Positions 24,710 through 38,600 of a stretch of DNA of 64,000 nucleotides are shown piece by piece (position 1 is the stretch's first letter; every line of letters starts with the position of its first letter). Origin of the DNA: Eledone cirrhosa (taxonomy: Eukaryota). The stretch lies in assembly GCA_964016885.1 (NCBI GenBank), contig OZ024742.1:52514001-52578000 (forward strand). Direction: 5' to 3'. Position numbers and translations under genes: made by a program. The notes beneath the pieces are model-generated. The model saw nothing but the letters and a program-made list of their open reading frames with translations, ran no database searches and was not told the DNA's origin.

Positions 24710-25140
24710 CTTCCGTGACGATCTCCTGCCATGTATGCGACTCCGCTCTCCACAGTACTCTTTCGTTCCTAACCCGATCTAACTAGGTGACCTTTAGAGT
24801 CTAACGTAGGCGTCTTTCATGAAAAGTATTTAAATACCTAACCGTCGAGACAGTGCCATGTTTTGCAAACGTAGATGACTGTGGGAAGTGCAATGCTGGC
24901 ATACTATCACAGCTAGATTTACGTGCTGATGACTGCGTTTGACTAAATCGAGTGCAACCGTTGGAACACCGCGGTCAACTTTCCAATTCTGAAGTTGATG
25001 ACCAGCTCGATATCGCCACAGTTACTCAGGATACTGCCAAGGTACATGAAGTGGTCGACCTCGTCCAGCTCCTTTTGGTTCACCTTAACTGCAGCCACTT
25101 GGCCGGGTGTCGGGGCTGCTTTCCACTTTCATAATCTTGG
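24710..25140 (-). mobile_element. RTE-like LINE RT fragment
   Basis: ELDEVDHFMYLGSILS..INFRIGK..AVF. Confidence 0.75.
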
Positions 25141-26022
25141 GGTGTGAGCCTCTATGTATATGTAAATATATATTTTTTCTCCACATACTTCATGTAAACT
25201 TTTCATTATTATATGTATGTACGTATGTATGTGTCTATCGATAAATATAAATTAGCGAGAATCGTATTTCGGCTATTGGAAATTAGCGAAAAACAACTTC
25301 CGAGATGTATGGCAAGCGCTCCATAGAAGCTAATTAACTAGAGCTACAACATAAGTTAAAAGGCCAAACACACTGAGACGATGGTTAAACCATTATACGG
25401 ACAGCCATAAAAACGACCAAGTAATTCGGGTCAAACAAATAAAATATATATATATATACTATAAAGTATGTCCATAGAATCATTTGATAATATATATACA
25501 TAATTTCTTCTCCCAATTAGCATAATTAACCACGCCAAAAATCAATTAGACCAGGCTATAAGATTAAAAGGCACCTATGAAGAAACAGTAAATAAATAAA
25601 CGATAACAGCCTTTTCGCGGCCAACCGCTATAGAAAAATTACCCAACATTTCAACAGCACGTGGAAATCAATTAAATATACGGTCAACCATACACAATTA
25701 GGTATAAAATTAAAGTTAAAAATGCTTATATACATACCAGGATAATGTCCCTACCCTTGGCTTGGGTTCGTTCGCATTTTGAGATATCCTATTAAGGATA
25801 AATCTGGAGCTTCGAACTCGTCAGGAGACAAACTCGCTAGGACAGATTATTTTCTGAAGTGGCCCCTTCCAAACACGAATTCAAAATGGCTAAGAAATGT
25901 GACGTGGCCCTGGTCAAGTCAGACAGAGTGTGATTGGTTGCTTACGGCGAATAAGTTGGTTGCTAGAAAGCGCAGCCCAATATTGCCCAAATTGCATCTC
26001 AACCTTATGGGAGATTATTAAA

Positions 26023-26135
26023 TATAAAGATTTACATATACACCAATTAAACAAAGTCATAGATATACATGTGTTTTGGCAACCACATATATATCTATGA
26101 CTTTGTTTAATTGGTGTATATGTAAATCTTTATAT
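26023..26135. repeat. Near-perfect ~110-bp palindrome
   Basis: TATAAAGATTTACATATACACCAATTAAACAAAGTCATAGATATA and its reverse complement around a short spacer. Confidence 0.92.
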
Positions 26136-26159
26136 ATATATATATGCCTTTTATAGATA

Positions 26160-26343
26160 AATGTTTCTACTTTAGGCACAAGGCCAGTAATTACCCAGTG
26201 CATTACTGGTACTTTATTTTATCGACCCCGTAAGGATGAAAGGCAAAGTCAACCTCGGCGGGATTTGAACTCAGATCGTAAAGGGACGTAACTATGCTTG
26301 AAAGAATGGTGTCCGACCCTCTACCGATACTGCCAATCCACCC
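26160..26343 (-). mobile_element. tRNA-derived SINE copy
   Basis: Near-identical to 43681-43860. Confidence 0.88.
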
Positions 26344-26361
26344 ACTGCCTTTTATAGATAA

Positions 26362-26398
<37 letters not shown>

Positions 26399-26923
26399 AA
26401 TTTTAGTACAGCATCAAGGAAGCTTTTGATAGCAGCCAAGCTAACGAATGCAGTTTCGGTGTGCAGCTAAGCACTCAATGGAGAATATTACCCCAGAGTT
26501 ATAACATTACGTTTAGACAGCTTTGCAAATTAAATACAGCGACCGATAGACGGGCCGCAGTGACCATAGCGACGAAAAAAACTGAACTCAGCAAAAATGT
26601 TTGACTGGTCCATCGCTTAGACATTACATGCAACACATAATGTATACCATACAATATACATCACATACAACATACAACATCTCCGCTAGGTTTCTGTAAA
26701 TCCGAATATAAATCCGAATATATATATATATATATATATATAAAGGTTAACATATACATAAAGTTATAGATAACTACTAAGCTACGTTCGGTTATTTGTC
26801 GAAGATTTCTCCATAAGAGCCTTTCTTCTTATAGCTTGATCTAATTGATTTTTTATATGGTTAATTATGCTAATTAGAAGAAATAGTATATATTTTATCT
26901 GATGATTCTAAAGACATGATTTA

Positions 26924-26969
<46 letters not shown>

Positions 26970-28304
26970 CTATTGCAGCAGAATAGAACAATCCAATCTA
27001 ATGCATGTCGAAACTATTAAGTGTACATTTCTATTAAGGTTTTGATGATAATGGCCATGCTTTGCCTGTCTGTAATAGCTGTGGATAGTTCTCTTTAAAT
27101 TCATCAAAGTATTTCTATTGACCAAATTGGAATCATAAGAGGAAGGAAATAGTGATGGGTAGCGTAAGTAAATGATGAGGCCTGAATGTCAACTAATTAA
27201 AATAGCAAATGTTATTACGCAATTAATGAGATATTCAGACACAGAGATATGCGAGTACTTGAAAGAAAATTTCTCAATAATTTTCTCTCGCATGGAATGT
27301 CAATTATAGAAGTTTCATAACTTAGTTATTGACTTAATACCGGGGTTTTAATAGCAAAATAGACTTTTGATCTGTGGGTTTATATGTAGAATTTATCTGC
27401 CGGATGTCAGAACACATTCAATGCACATTACTTGGATGACTGTGTTTCGGGATAAACTGTTAAGTTGTTCGTTAATTTTAGTTTTGTTTTAGTTTATTAT
27501 ATCATTGAGCTATAAATATCGTAATGGGAATGAACACCCACTTCCTCAAGAAAATCACATTAATTCCTACTTTTGCTTTCTTGACATTTTCAGTATGTTT
27601 CTTTCTTGTTCATTTAAAATCCACATATACAGACAGAAAACTATTCTGTTATATTATATTCCGTTATAAATATGTTATTTTCTATTTAACGGGTTGTTGT
27701 TTTGATACATATTTGTTTTAACATGCTGATATATATTTGTGTACTTTAGGGGTGTACGTATAAGGCAATTGACTTGGTATAAAGACCATTTTCTAGACAT
27801 TATATCGGGGAAGACTCCTTTCAACCATTCAAAAAACAAAACACGCAGAAAGTTACTGCTAAATTCAATATCATTTATTTCCTGGTGCCAAGAAATAAAT
27901 GATGAATTACTATGAATATCTTAAATAGCTCTTCCACAACGTAATTGCTTTTACTGTATAATTTAGTAAACTAGTTAATTAAATTAAGCTTACAAAAACA
28001 TAGTGTCCATTCAAGATATACTTGTTACATTCTACATATTGATTTAAAATGGTTGATACAAAGCTTTCCTCTGTATTCTCGCCAAGTTGAATATATGTGA
28101 TTTGCCATAGTATGAAATTAAGTATCATTTTATAAATACTTATATTGACAAATGGATGTCGTATGTTTACGTTGGTCTCCCCATAATTTAGATGAGATGG
28201 CATTCCCGTCAAACTGAAGACAGATTGCTGAAGAATTCACGTCCGAAACGCATCTCTCTCTCTCTCTCTCTCTCTTTCACCACCACCACCGCCTTCTCCC
28301 ACTT

Positions 28305-28356
<52 letters not shown>

Positions 28357-28359
<3 letters not shown>

Positions 28360-29560
28360 GAGGAGCATTCAATAAATTGGTGAAAAATCTTTTATACGAA
28401 CACGATGCAACTATGTTTCTAGCTGTTTGCAGCAATTTGAACGTGTACATAAATGTTCTATTATGAATGATCCGGAAATAATTGAAGCAGTAAATTGAAA
28501 TTTATACTATTTTAAAGACAAACACCCTTAAAATAACATGTGTTCTGTGAAAACTGAAACAAGAACCAGCATCAAATTCATGGTAAACTTGTTTGGAATA
28601 AAGAGGACGATAATGAAGCTTTAAGAAATAAGTATAGAGATATTTCTCTTTAAAAATCTGCAATTTACAAATGGGTAACGCGTTTCAAAGGACCAGGCGG
28701 GGTTGAATATGATGAACGGACCGGAATACCATCAACATCAGTATGTAAAGAAAGAATTGATGATGTTCGAGATTTAATAGATGGAACCCGACGAGTAACA
28801 GCAGAAAAAATAGCTCACACCCAAGTCATTTCGGTTGGTTCATTTGACAAAATTTTAATTGATAAATTAAAACTGAGCAAACTTTCACCCATTGGGTGCT
28901 AAGACAGCTGTGCCTGAATCAGCAACAAAAAAGAGCAGAGCTTTCTTAAGAAATTTTAAACAAATGAGATCAAAATCCAAAAAGCTTTCTGGAGCAGATT
29001 GTCACTGAAGATGCAACGTCCTTGCCAGTACGACCCTGCAAACAAAACTCAATCAAAGCAATGTTTACCCAAAGGTGGAAAGGATCTGTTCAAAACAAGA
29101 ATGAACCGTTCAAGAAGAAATGTTATGGCGACTGTATTTTGGAATGTTGGGGGTATTTTGTTAGTTATCATCTTAGATGGTGGTAAAACAGTAACATCTG
29201 TATATTATGAAAACGTTTTCAGAAAATTAACCAGAAGTTTAGCAGTAAAGCACCCTGGAAAACTTCACCAGAGAGTTTTCTTTTCCACCATGACAATGCT
29301 CCTGCCCATTTCTCTCGTTAAACAGGGGGTAACTTGAGGGAATTTCAATGGAAAATTATTAGCCATCCCCACTACCGTCCTAATTTAGCACCTTCTGATT
29401 TTTTTCTTATTTCCTAAATTTAAAAATTTAAGGTACCCAATTTGAGACCATTAATGATGTATAAACAGTTAGTTTTACATGGTTAAATTTTCAGAAACCT
29501 CCTCAATATCAGGACGTTATAAACGGCCGGTATCATTGTTTACAAATTATATTGATATAG
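28357..29560 (+). mobile_element. Degenerate mariner transposon (irritans/Hsmar2-like)
   Basis: Left end TA|CGAGGAGCATTCAATAAA. HTH region, IVTED, YDP, MATVFWN, HHDNAPAH, HPHYRPNLAPSDF, with stops and frameshifts. No right TIR seen. Confidence 0.88.
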
Positions 29561-29709
29561 AAAATATTCGACTTGCTGACTTAACCCCTCCATGTAAATT
29601 TGGCAATAAAATTCTAAAACCAGATGGCATTCATACAGATCATTTTATGGATACATTATTAATATCTTACACAAAAACACATAGAATGAAGTAGAAGATT
29701 ATATTAGCA

Positions 29710-29747
<38 letters not shown>

Positions 29748-29749
29748 AT

Positions 29750-30284
29750 ATACAAAATTACAAGAAACGAAGCGAGCTGTGTGGTTACTGTAAACAAAGT
29801 TTAAGATGGTAATATGGACGAAACAACAGAAGAAACCCTTCATCAGCTGTTAACCGCAGATCATAGATGTTTCGGCACTTAAAACAGGACATCAAAAGCG
29901 ATCAGCGGCGCGCCCAAGGCTTTTTATCTATCAAAAGGCCCTGAGGGAAAGAAAAGCAAAAAATGAAAAGTAGTGAGCAGAGAGGATGAAAGAGAAAAAA
30001 ACAAAGTAAACAGTCCGAATGGAGGGGCGGGGACACATAATAAAATGTGATAAGTTACAACGAACCGATTAGACTTAAGTCTGGTGGTGCAATAACTGGG
30101 AGCGAGGTAGTTCCATACGATCTCAACAATAGTGAGGGTAGAGAGAGAGAGGGGGGAAGCAACCGCAAAAGAGTTTTATGACATGTGTAAACGTGTCGTA
30201 AACGATCGAAACCAGAGGAGTTTTACGAGATGGGTGAAACATGTCGTAAACGATCGAAGGCAAGCAGATGGCTAGAGAGAGAGA

Positions 30285-30315
<31 letters not shown>

Positions 30316-30785
30316 GGGGGAGAGAGAGAACGAGAAAGAGAACGAGAGAGAGAAAAATGGAAGAGAGAGAAGGAGAGAGTCGATATGAAAGCGTGGTGGG
30401 ACCACAAATCGAGCAAAACAGGTAGAGGGGGGGGGGGGGGTCACAGCGGTAAATACAAAATTACAAGAAACGAAGCGAGCTGTGTGGTTACTGTAAACAA
30501 AGTTTAAGATGGATGAAACAAGAGAAGAAGCCCTTCATCTGCTGTTAACCGCAGATCATAGATGTTTCGGTGCTTAAAACAGGACATCAAAAGCAATCAA
30601 CGGCGCGCCCAAGGCCTTTTATCGATCAAAAGGCCATGAGGTTACTCACTTGCCTGTTCCATTGTCCTGTCTCCCCCCTTAATTCGGTCTGTTTACTTCG
30701 CTTTTTTCTCTTTCCTCCTCTCTCCTCACTACTTTTCCTTTTTTTCTTTTCTTTCCCCCATGGCCTTTTTATCGATAAAATATTG
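29750..30785. repeat. Non-coding element with ~190-bp direct repeats (29750-29945, 30453-30640) and an inverted segment (30640-30785 vs 29920-30040)
   Basis: Direct comparison. Geometry resembles Penelope pseudo-LTR arrangements. Confidence 0.75.
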
Positions 30786-30789
30786 TACT

Positions 30790-31520
30790 GTCGCCTCTCT
30801 TGTTCATTATTTACATGAACAGGATTGACATTGCAGCCGGGTTGGAAATGGTATCTTGACTGGTGGATGTAAGATCAGTCGTCTAGAATTTGCAGACGAC
30901 ATGGTGTTACTTAGCTCAACAGAAGGTGATCACCGTCTTGCACTCGATAGGTTTGATGCCGAGTGCTGCCTGGCTGGAATAAAAATCAGAGCTACGAAAA
31001 CTGAGACGCTCGTCTTCTCAAGGAAGCTTGCTCAGTGCACACTACATGTAAATGGAGTTCCACTGGAGCAGGAAGAGAAGTTTAATTATCTCGGAGGCAG
31101 GAAGCTGAATTAAGTGCAAGAATTGCAGGTGCTGGTGCAGTAATGCGCCACCTTCAGCTTTCGGTAATCAGAAAAAGGGAGGTAGGTGTAATACCCAAAC
31201 ACGCTATCTTCAATTCGATATTCGTTTAACCCTTACTTATGGTCATGAATCTTGGGTATTGACCGAAAGTATACGATCGCAATGCAAACGGTCGAAATGG
31301 GGTCCCTCCGAAATCATTTTGGAGTAACGTTACTTCATAGGGTGCGTAGTTCGGAGATCAGAGTCATTCCAGGTAGACTCGCTACCTCTCCGAATTGAGA
31401 CATCACAGCTCGGATACTATTGGTATGTGATTAGAATGTCTCAGGAAAGAATCGTTGGACAGATTTTATGGGCAATACCAACCGGCAGGAGACCCTGGGG
31501 TTGACCCCGAAGAAGATGGA
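30790..31520 (+). mobile_element. RTE-group LINE 3' fragment
   Basis: LEFADDMVLL, FNYLG, LTYGHESWVL, GRRP.G.PRRRW. Confidence 0.85.
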
Positions 31521-31524
31521 AGAA

Positions 31525-32480
31525 GAAAAAGTATATAGTGTAATTCTTTTCTGTTGTATTTTGTCTCTTTAAACATGTTTGTTATGTTGTTAACTAAATT
31601 TGTTTCAACAAAGTTTGTTTCTTTTTTCTACTTAATAGTTTCCAGCGTATTTATGCATATTATCTTATTTCTAGCATCGATTTCAGTTTTTAATATTAAT
31701 CCGATCCTTCTATAATATCCGTTCCTAATTTTCTCTCATTTTTTCATGTCATATTTTCGCTGATTCATCTAATGCTCTGTATACATGATTGGAATCCAAT
31801 TCTCTAATTTCTGTATCTCAGTCTAATGTAATATTCTCAGTACTGGGTAATCTCCTTTTCTTAGAGTGGTTTTTGGTGCATTTCCCTAATCTCATAGTCA
31901 TCTTTATGTTTTTGCTAAAACTATTGTCAATTTAAAGAGTTTTTCTAATACTCTGGGAATGTCTGTAAATATTTTTATGTCATCCATATACAGGAGATAA
32001 TATATATTTTGTGTATAATATTTGTATTTCATTAATTATATTATTATAATCATTATATTTTTTATTGCACATCATTACTGCTTTATCGAGCACAGCTCCG
32101 TGCACCTTGGGTCGGAGCAGTGTAGTTTTTGTTGGTATTGTATCGATACTACTTTTCGTAACATGTGTGCTGTGCCTAGTAGTGTTATTTTTGTGTGCTG
32201 TATATATTTGTAAGTCCTGGAGTTTGGGTTATGTGCTGTATATATTTGTAAGTCCTGGAGTTTGGGTTATGTGCTGTATATATTTGTAAGTCCTGGAGTT
32301 TGAGTATTTGTCTGTGTGTTTTTTCCCAGAGCACCTATTATTATGGGTACTGTTTCAGATTTCATTTCGAGTTATATCTATCTATAGATCTTTATACTTG
32401 GACAGTTTCCCCATTTCCTTGGAAGATATATTGTCGTCTGTGGGGTTTGATACATCCATTAGAAGGCAATCTTTTTCTTT
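31525..32480 (-). mobile_element. Old R4/Dong-like fragments (other family or families)
   Basis: Minus strand YLLYMDD at ~31980-32000 and C-terminal KITLLGTAHMLRKVVSI at ~32140-32192. Confidence 0.7.
32194..32302. repeat. 38-bp tandem repeat (~2.9 copies)
   Basis: Unit TGTGCTGTATATATTTGTAAGTCCTGGAGTTTGGGTTA. Confidence 0.9.
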
Positions 32481-32605
32481 ATAGTCTTTGACAATATTAT
32501 TATTATTATTATTATTATTGTTGTTGTTATTCCTTGAATCTCAGTCATTGATGTTGGTTAACTGGAAAGTCCGTTGGATTGAATATCAAGCCACTACCTG
32601 CAGCC

Positions 32606-35509
32606 TCAGATATTCAGGACGTATCGGAGGGTTCTTGCTGTTCCAAGCAAGCATGCCTTTTGAAGCGTTCCAAAAAGCGTGAAGGGGCCGATTTTCTTTA
32701 ACCATCCCTGGAAACTTTTGGAGATAGTCCCCAGTGCGCCTATGACAATCGGGATCACTTTGACTTCATGGCAGTTCCAAATCCTTTTCACCTCCCACTT
32801 TAGGTCCTGGTATCGGTTAATTTTCTCCCTCTCTTTCTCTTGCACTCTCGTGTCGAACGGGCAGGCCACATCCACAATCAGGCACGATCTTTTTTCTTTG
32901 TCCACAACCACCAGGTCAGGTCTATTGTGTTCCAGTTTTTTGTCCGTCTGTATCCTAAAATCCCACAGCACCTTCACCTGATTGTTCTCCATCACCGCCT
33001 CTGGCCTATGCTCATACCATTTCTCAGAATGTGGTAAATTGTTTACTTTGCACAGGTGCCAGTGGATCACCCTGCCCATCACATCGTGTCTCCAGCCCTT
33101 ATAGTGGGTCTGGGCTAGGTGTTTACACTCGGACACAATGTGAGCCACAGTCTCCTCTCTCTCTCCACAGATCCTGCACAGTGGGCTAGCCTCCTCCTTG
33201 TAGATATGGTGCTTCAACCACTTCGTTTTGAGGGCCTGCTCCTGCGCAGCCATTAGCATTCCTTCTGTAGCCTTTTTGAGGTCTCCTCTTCTCAACCAGT
33301 TCCATGTCTGTGGATCTCTAAATTCAGTTTTCTCAAAGAAGGTACTATGAAGGGATTTTCCCTTAAGGCTGCTCTTCCTCCTTGATGTTATTTCCTCCTT
33401 GGACATCCCCTGGCCTACTGTCCCCTCCTTCAGTACAGTTCTGAGCATTGGCTCCTTACTATAGGTCACGTATTTGTATAGGTTGTTTTTCTCCATCTGA
33501 ACACAGTCCTCTATGCTGATAAGACCTCTTCCACCCTCAGATCTCCTTAGGTAGAGTCTATCGACATCACTCCTCTTGTGGAACATGTTGTAGATAGTCA
33601 ATAGCTTCCTAGTCTTCCCATCCATTTCTTTTTGTTCAGCAACATTCCATCTCAGAATTCCCGCACTGTACCTAATAATAGACACAGCTCGGGAATTTAC
33701 TGCGCTTATGGCATTTCTGCTGTTCAGATGTGACTTCAATACGCTCCTTACTCTCCGAATGTATTCAGTTCTTAACAATTCCTTAATTTTTTTGTTCTTT
33801 ATGCCATCAGCCTCCAGAACGCCCAAATACTTGTATCCTTCCTCAGAGTCAATTTCCTTTATCATCTCACCTGTTGGTATCTGGATCCCGTTACTTCTGC
33901 TCAACCTACCCCTCTTCATCACAATGACTCCACATTTACCAATACCAAACTGCATACATATATCACTGCTGAAAATACGGACAGTGTCAACAAGCACATC
34001 CAACTCCTTCTCACTTTTCCCGAAGAGCTTAAGATCGTCCATGAAGAGGAGGTGATTGATGGTAAGCTCTCCCTTTCCCAACTTGTATCCTGCTCTCACT
34101 TTTCGCAGCATAATGGTCAAGGGCATCAGGGCAAGGACAAACAACAGAGGGGACAGGCTATCTCCCTGGAAGATACCTCTCTTGATCTTCACGCTTCCCA
34201 AGGATACTCCAGTTGATGTCAACTCTGTCTCCCAGGACCCCATACTCCTGCCTAGCAACTGTCTGATGTTATCTGCCACCCTGAAGATCTCCAGGCTTTT
34301 GGTGATCCAGGAATGAGGCAACATGTCAAATGCCTTTCTGTAGTCAATCCATCCCATGGCAAGATCAGTGTGTCTCCTCCTGCAATTCCCCATTACCATC
34401 TTATCAATAAGTAACTGGTCCTTTGTACCACGTGACTTCTTTCGGCATCCTTTCTGTTCGTCCGGTAACAAGTTGTTTGTGTGGAGGTGATGGTAGATTT
34501 CCTCAGACACAATGCTCGTCAACAGTTTCCACATTACGGACAGACATGTGATAGGTCTATAGTTGGTAACATCATTACCCTTGATTCGGTCTTTCATTAT
34601 CAGAACTGTGGTACCTTTTGTCAACCACTCTGGCACCTCACCCGACACCAAGCAGTCATTGAACATGGCCGTCAGCTTCGGGTGGAGGGATGTTAAATGT
34701 TTAATCCAATACCCCTGCACACCATCTGGGCCTGGTGATTTCCAGTTGGTTAGTTTTTTGGCCTGCCCCTTAAGGGTTTCAACTGTGATACTCAAATCAG
34801 TTTGTTGTTGTGCCTGCTCACCGATCTCCCTCTGTACTGTCTCAATCCACCCTGCCTGGGCATTGTGTCTAACATCCTGCTCCCATATTCCTCTCCAGAA
34901 TGTTTTTGTTTGTTCCGCCCCAGGGATCAAGTCGTTGCCTCTTTCTTTCCCCTCAAGCTGTCCAAACAGCATCTTCTGGTTGTTGTCGAACATGCGGTTC
35001 TGTTTATACTGACTGACTCTGTTCTCGTATCGCCTGATTTTTGCACTCTTTGCTACAATGCGTTGCTTCAATTCCTCTATGATAATATTTAGCTTTTTAC
35101 TCCTAGTTTTGTATTTTATTTCCAGTCTATTTTTAGTGCCTATGTTTTTTAGTGTCCCATTCAGTAGTGACTCAAGCTTTCCTATGTCATTTCTCATCTC
35201 CCCGATTTGCCCACTCAGTCGCTTCTTCCACCACAGCTCTGCTCTTCCTTGTCTGTTGTTTCCTCTCGCTTTTATACCAAGTAGTTTCCTCACCGTATTT
35301 GCTGTTGCTTTGAGGATATTGTTGCACTGGTGAAGGCTCCTCGCCTCAAGGTATGGGATGACTTTGTTTACCTTAGCTGTTGTTTCTTTTAACTTTTTCC
35401 TGTCTACAAATCTTCGGTTCATAGGTCTCCCACTATCATTGTTCAATTCATCTACCACTAAATTTAGGATGTCAACCGAATCTTGTCCTAGCCCGTCAGC
35501 ATTCGTCAG

Positions 35510-35512
<3 letters not shown>
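32606..35512 (-). CDS. Dong family A RT-RLE ORF, 968 aa, uninterrupted but 5'-truncated (element 32530-35512)
   Basis: All RT, zinc-knuckle and RLE motifs intact. Lacks the N-terminal Myb-like region. Confidence 0.93.

Positions 35513-35600
<88 letters not shown>
35511..35600 (+). repeat. (TTA)30 microsatellite between head-to-head Dong and Tx1
   Basis: Direct read. Confidence 0.98.
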
Positions 35601-38600
35601 GGCGACCTACGTAGGAAATCGTATTATCGTAAGCTCTGCAAAGGTTTGTTGTTTTCAGTTGTTCCAAATTGCCATCTATGGAACATTTTTGTTGTTAAGT
35701 GTTTATAAGTTCACATATATTGATTTCTGAAAAGAACACTCAAAAGGATTGGGGCTTTGAGCCCAAAATTTAAACTTTTATAATTATCAAACAAAAAATT
35801 ACTTTGAAAAAATCATGGACGACTCACAGCCACACCAAGCTGACAGCCTTCCTCACGAACTAACACCTCACACCAACACAACCATTGTAAATATTACTAC
35901 GTTTGCCAACACTAAAAATATAAGAAGTAGCAATAATTTAAATTTGTCTCATGCAGACATTCATTTCCCGCTATTACCAAAAACTGCGGGTGTTATAGTC
36001 GCCAGCCCAACCACCACCACAGCGACAACAGAAACAAAAGTAAAAAAATAAATTATTATCTCGTGACACCGAAATGGATTCACCCAGAATCGATTCTTCC
36101 ACACCGAACACCACTGACGCCACCACCACAACTGAAACTAAAAATAACAATAACAAAAATACAATAACAACAGCAACAACAACAATGAGAATAACAACAA
36201 AAACATCAACACCACCGCAAATGTGTCATTTGCCAAAGCAGCCAAGAAATGCGAAACAATCGAGGTAACTCAGGAGGAATTAACTGAAGCCAAGAGAATG
36301 GTAAAGAAAGATGGGTACAGGGTCAGTCTCATCCCCTCCCAACTAATAAAATGAAGCATAGGCGCCTATGCACCGTGTCTTATCGGACGATTAACACGAA
36401 ATCGCGCCGAGTGGAACGGGCATCCGCGTCCCAGATCCAAAAAGCTTTGGGATATGTGTGGGCGGAAAAAACCCACATCAGAAGTGGGCAGAAAGATGGA
36501 ACAGTGGACGTGTTCTTTGGAAAACCACAGGAGGCCAGAGAACACTCCATGGCCTCATTAAGAAGTGACGACTTCACACTCGTCTGAAGCTATTGTGGCC
36601 AGAGACTCGTGAAGATCAGGGTGACCCACGTTCCACCGGCCATCGAAATTGCCTGGCTAATGGCTGCCGTCCTCGCCAGCAGCGAGGCCAACAACAAAAT
36701 AATTGAAATATCAAAAGACAAGCAGGAGAACTGGTCCGGATCTGGGATGGAGCTCCTGATCCAAGCGGACCAAAAAAGCATTGAGGAAATCACAGAGGTA
36801 ATAGACATCACTGACGGCAAACACCTCACCGTAATCGTCGAGGGTAGAAGGCCTAGGTGTGTCGTTTGTGGTGAAGGAACCCACCTAATGACTTTCTGCC
36901 CTCAGGCTAAAAAGATGAGGCCACCTCTCTTACCCACCCCAGTGACTCAACCATCAACACCACCAGCAGCAGAAATGGCAGCAACAACTGTAGCAGCAAC
37001 AGAAGCAACTGTAGCAGCAACAACCCCAGCAACAGTAGCAAAACCAACACCACCACCACCCACCGCGCCAGAACTAGCACCAGCGCCTACAACATCCACC
37101 ACGCCACAACCAAAACTAACGCCTGTGGAGGATTTTCCACTCCCGACCTATCGCAATTGGAGACAGATTCTGACGACGAGGAGTGGGAAACTGTATCAGG
37201 AAAAAAGAAAAAAAGAAAAAGAAACCAGAATAGAAAAAATCCACTTCCTTCCATCTCTAAAAACAAAATACAGGGGGAAACAAATAAACTATCAAACAAA
37301 AAGGTAGGGACAGCTATGCCACCATCCAGACCAGCATCACCAACCCCATCACCACAAACACCAACACCATCACCATCATTAACCCCAACACCACCATCAC
37401 CAACACCACAAAAGTCAGCAAAAAGCGAAACAGAAACAAACCCACAACAAACGCAAACAAAACAAGACAACAAAAACGATACACACTACACAGCATTAAA
37501 TTTGAACAACAACCAATGATTACACTACATCCAACATAACACCAGCATCACAGAAAAAGACTACACAACACACCAAAAGTTCACACCACCTCCACACATA
37601 CAAATCACTCGCATAACACAGAAAACATACACGATACTAAAACAAAAATTCCCCAGAGACATCGGAGACTTCCGACAAACACTCTCCGGGAGGATTCATA
37701 GGGACATCCTTCCGGGGGAGGTCACAAGCAGTGAAAAGGATGGAGAAACCATCCTTCCTCTACGAGAAGTAAAGTAAGTGGTCTTTGCCATCTTTTCCAC
37801 TCCTTTTCAACATGACCTCACTCAGAATAGGCAGCATAAATGCGCGTGGCTTGGGGTCGTCATGGAAGCAGGGCCACCTGCTCAACGACCTCAGGTCACG
37901 AACCATAGATGTAGTGGCCATCAGTGAGACCAGATCTTCGCAACGATCTTCGGTTGCTACGATATGTACGCATCTCCCAGCCGTCCTGGATTGGGGGGGT
38001 GAATTTGCTGTGCTTTTTCGGAGAGGTTTGGATCTCGCCATACGGGCCATCTTCCTGGTCCCAGAAGGTAAGTTGGTGGTGCTGGACGTGACCAGCGGAG
38101 ACGGGCAAGCTTTCAGGCTAGTGGCCGTCTATGTTCCGACAGGAGCAGGGCGGCCTGATTTCTTCCGGCGTCTGCGTCTGGATACCTTTCTTGGAACATC
38201 CCGCACTTTAGTGTTAGTGAGCGGCTAGAACAGGATCTTAGATGCACGCTGTGACTGTGTGGGATTAGCGGTAGAGGAGAAGCGTGCAAGAGCCTCACCA
38301 ACCTGCTCAGGCGTTTTGAACTGTCTGACAGGTGCCGATTGGATTTCCCGAATGTGCCAATGTGGACTTGGACATACCGCATCTGGTCATCCAGATCATA
38401 TCTAGATAGAGTATTTTGTAGGGAAATAGATAGGTCTAGCATAGGCTGTCCACAATTCAAGATAGTCAGCTACACGGACCACAAATTCGTGATCTGTGTG
38501 GTTGATTTAGATAGGCTTCATAGACAAGGAGCCGGCTACTGGAAGCTAAATGCGTCCTTACCAGCGCGCAAGGCCTACAGAGACCGGATTAGCGAACTAG

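Noticed and set aside
28213-28256. CTGAAGA..GTCCGAAACGCATC hammerhead-like motif
   Set aside because: Helix II does not pair; at best a decayed remnant.
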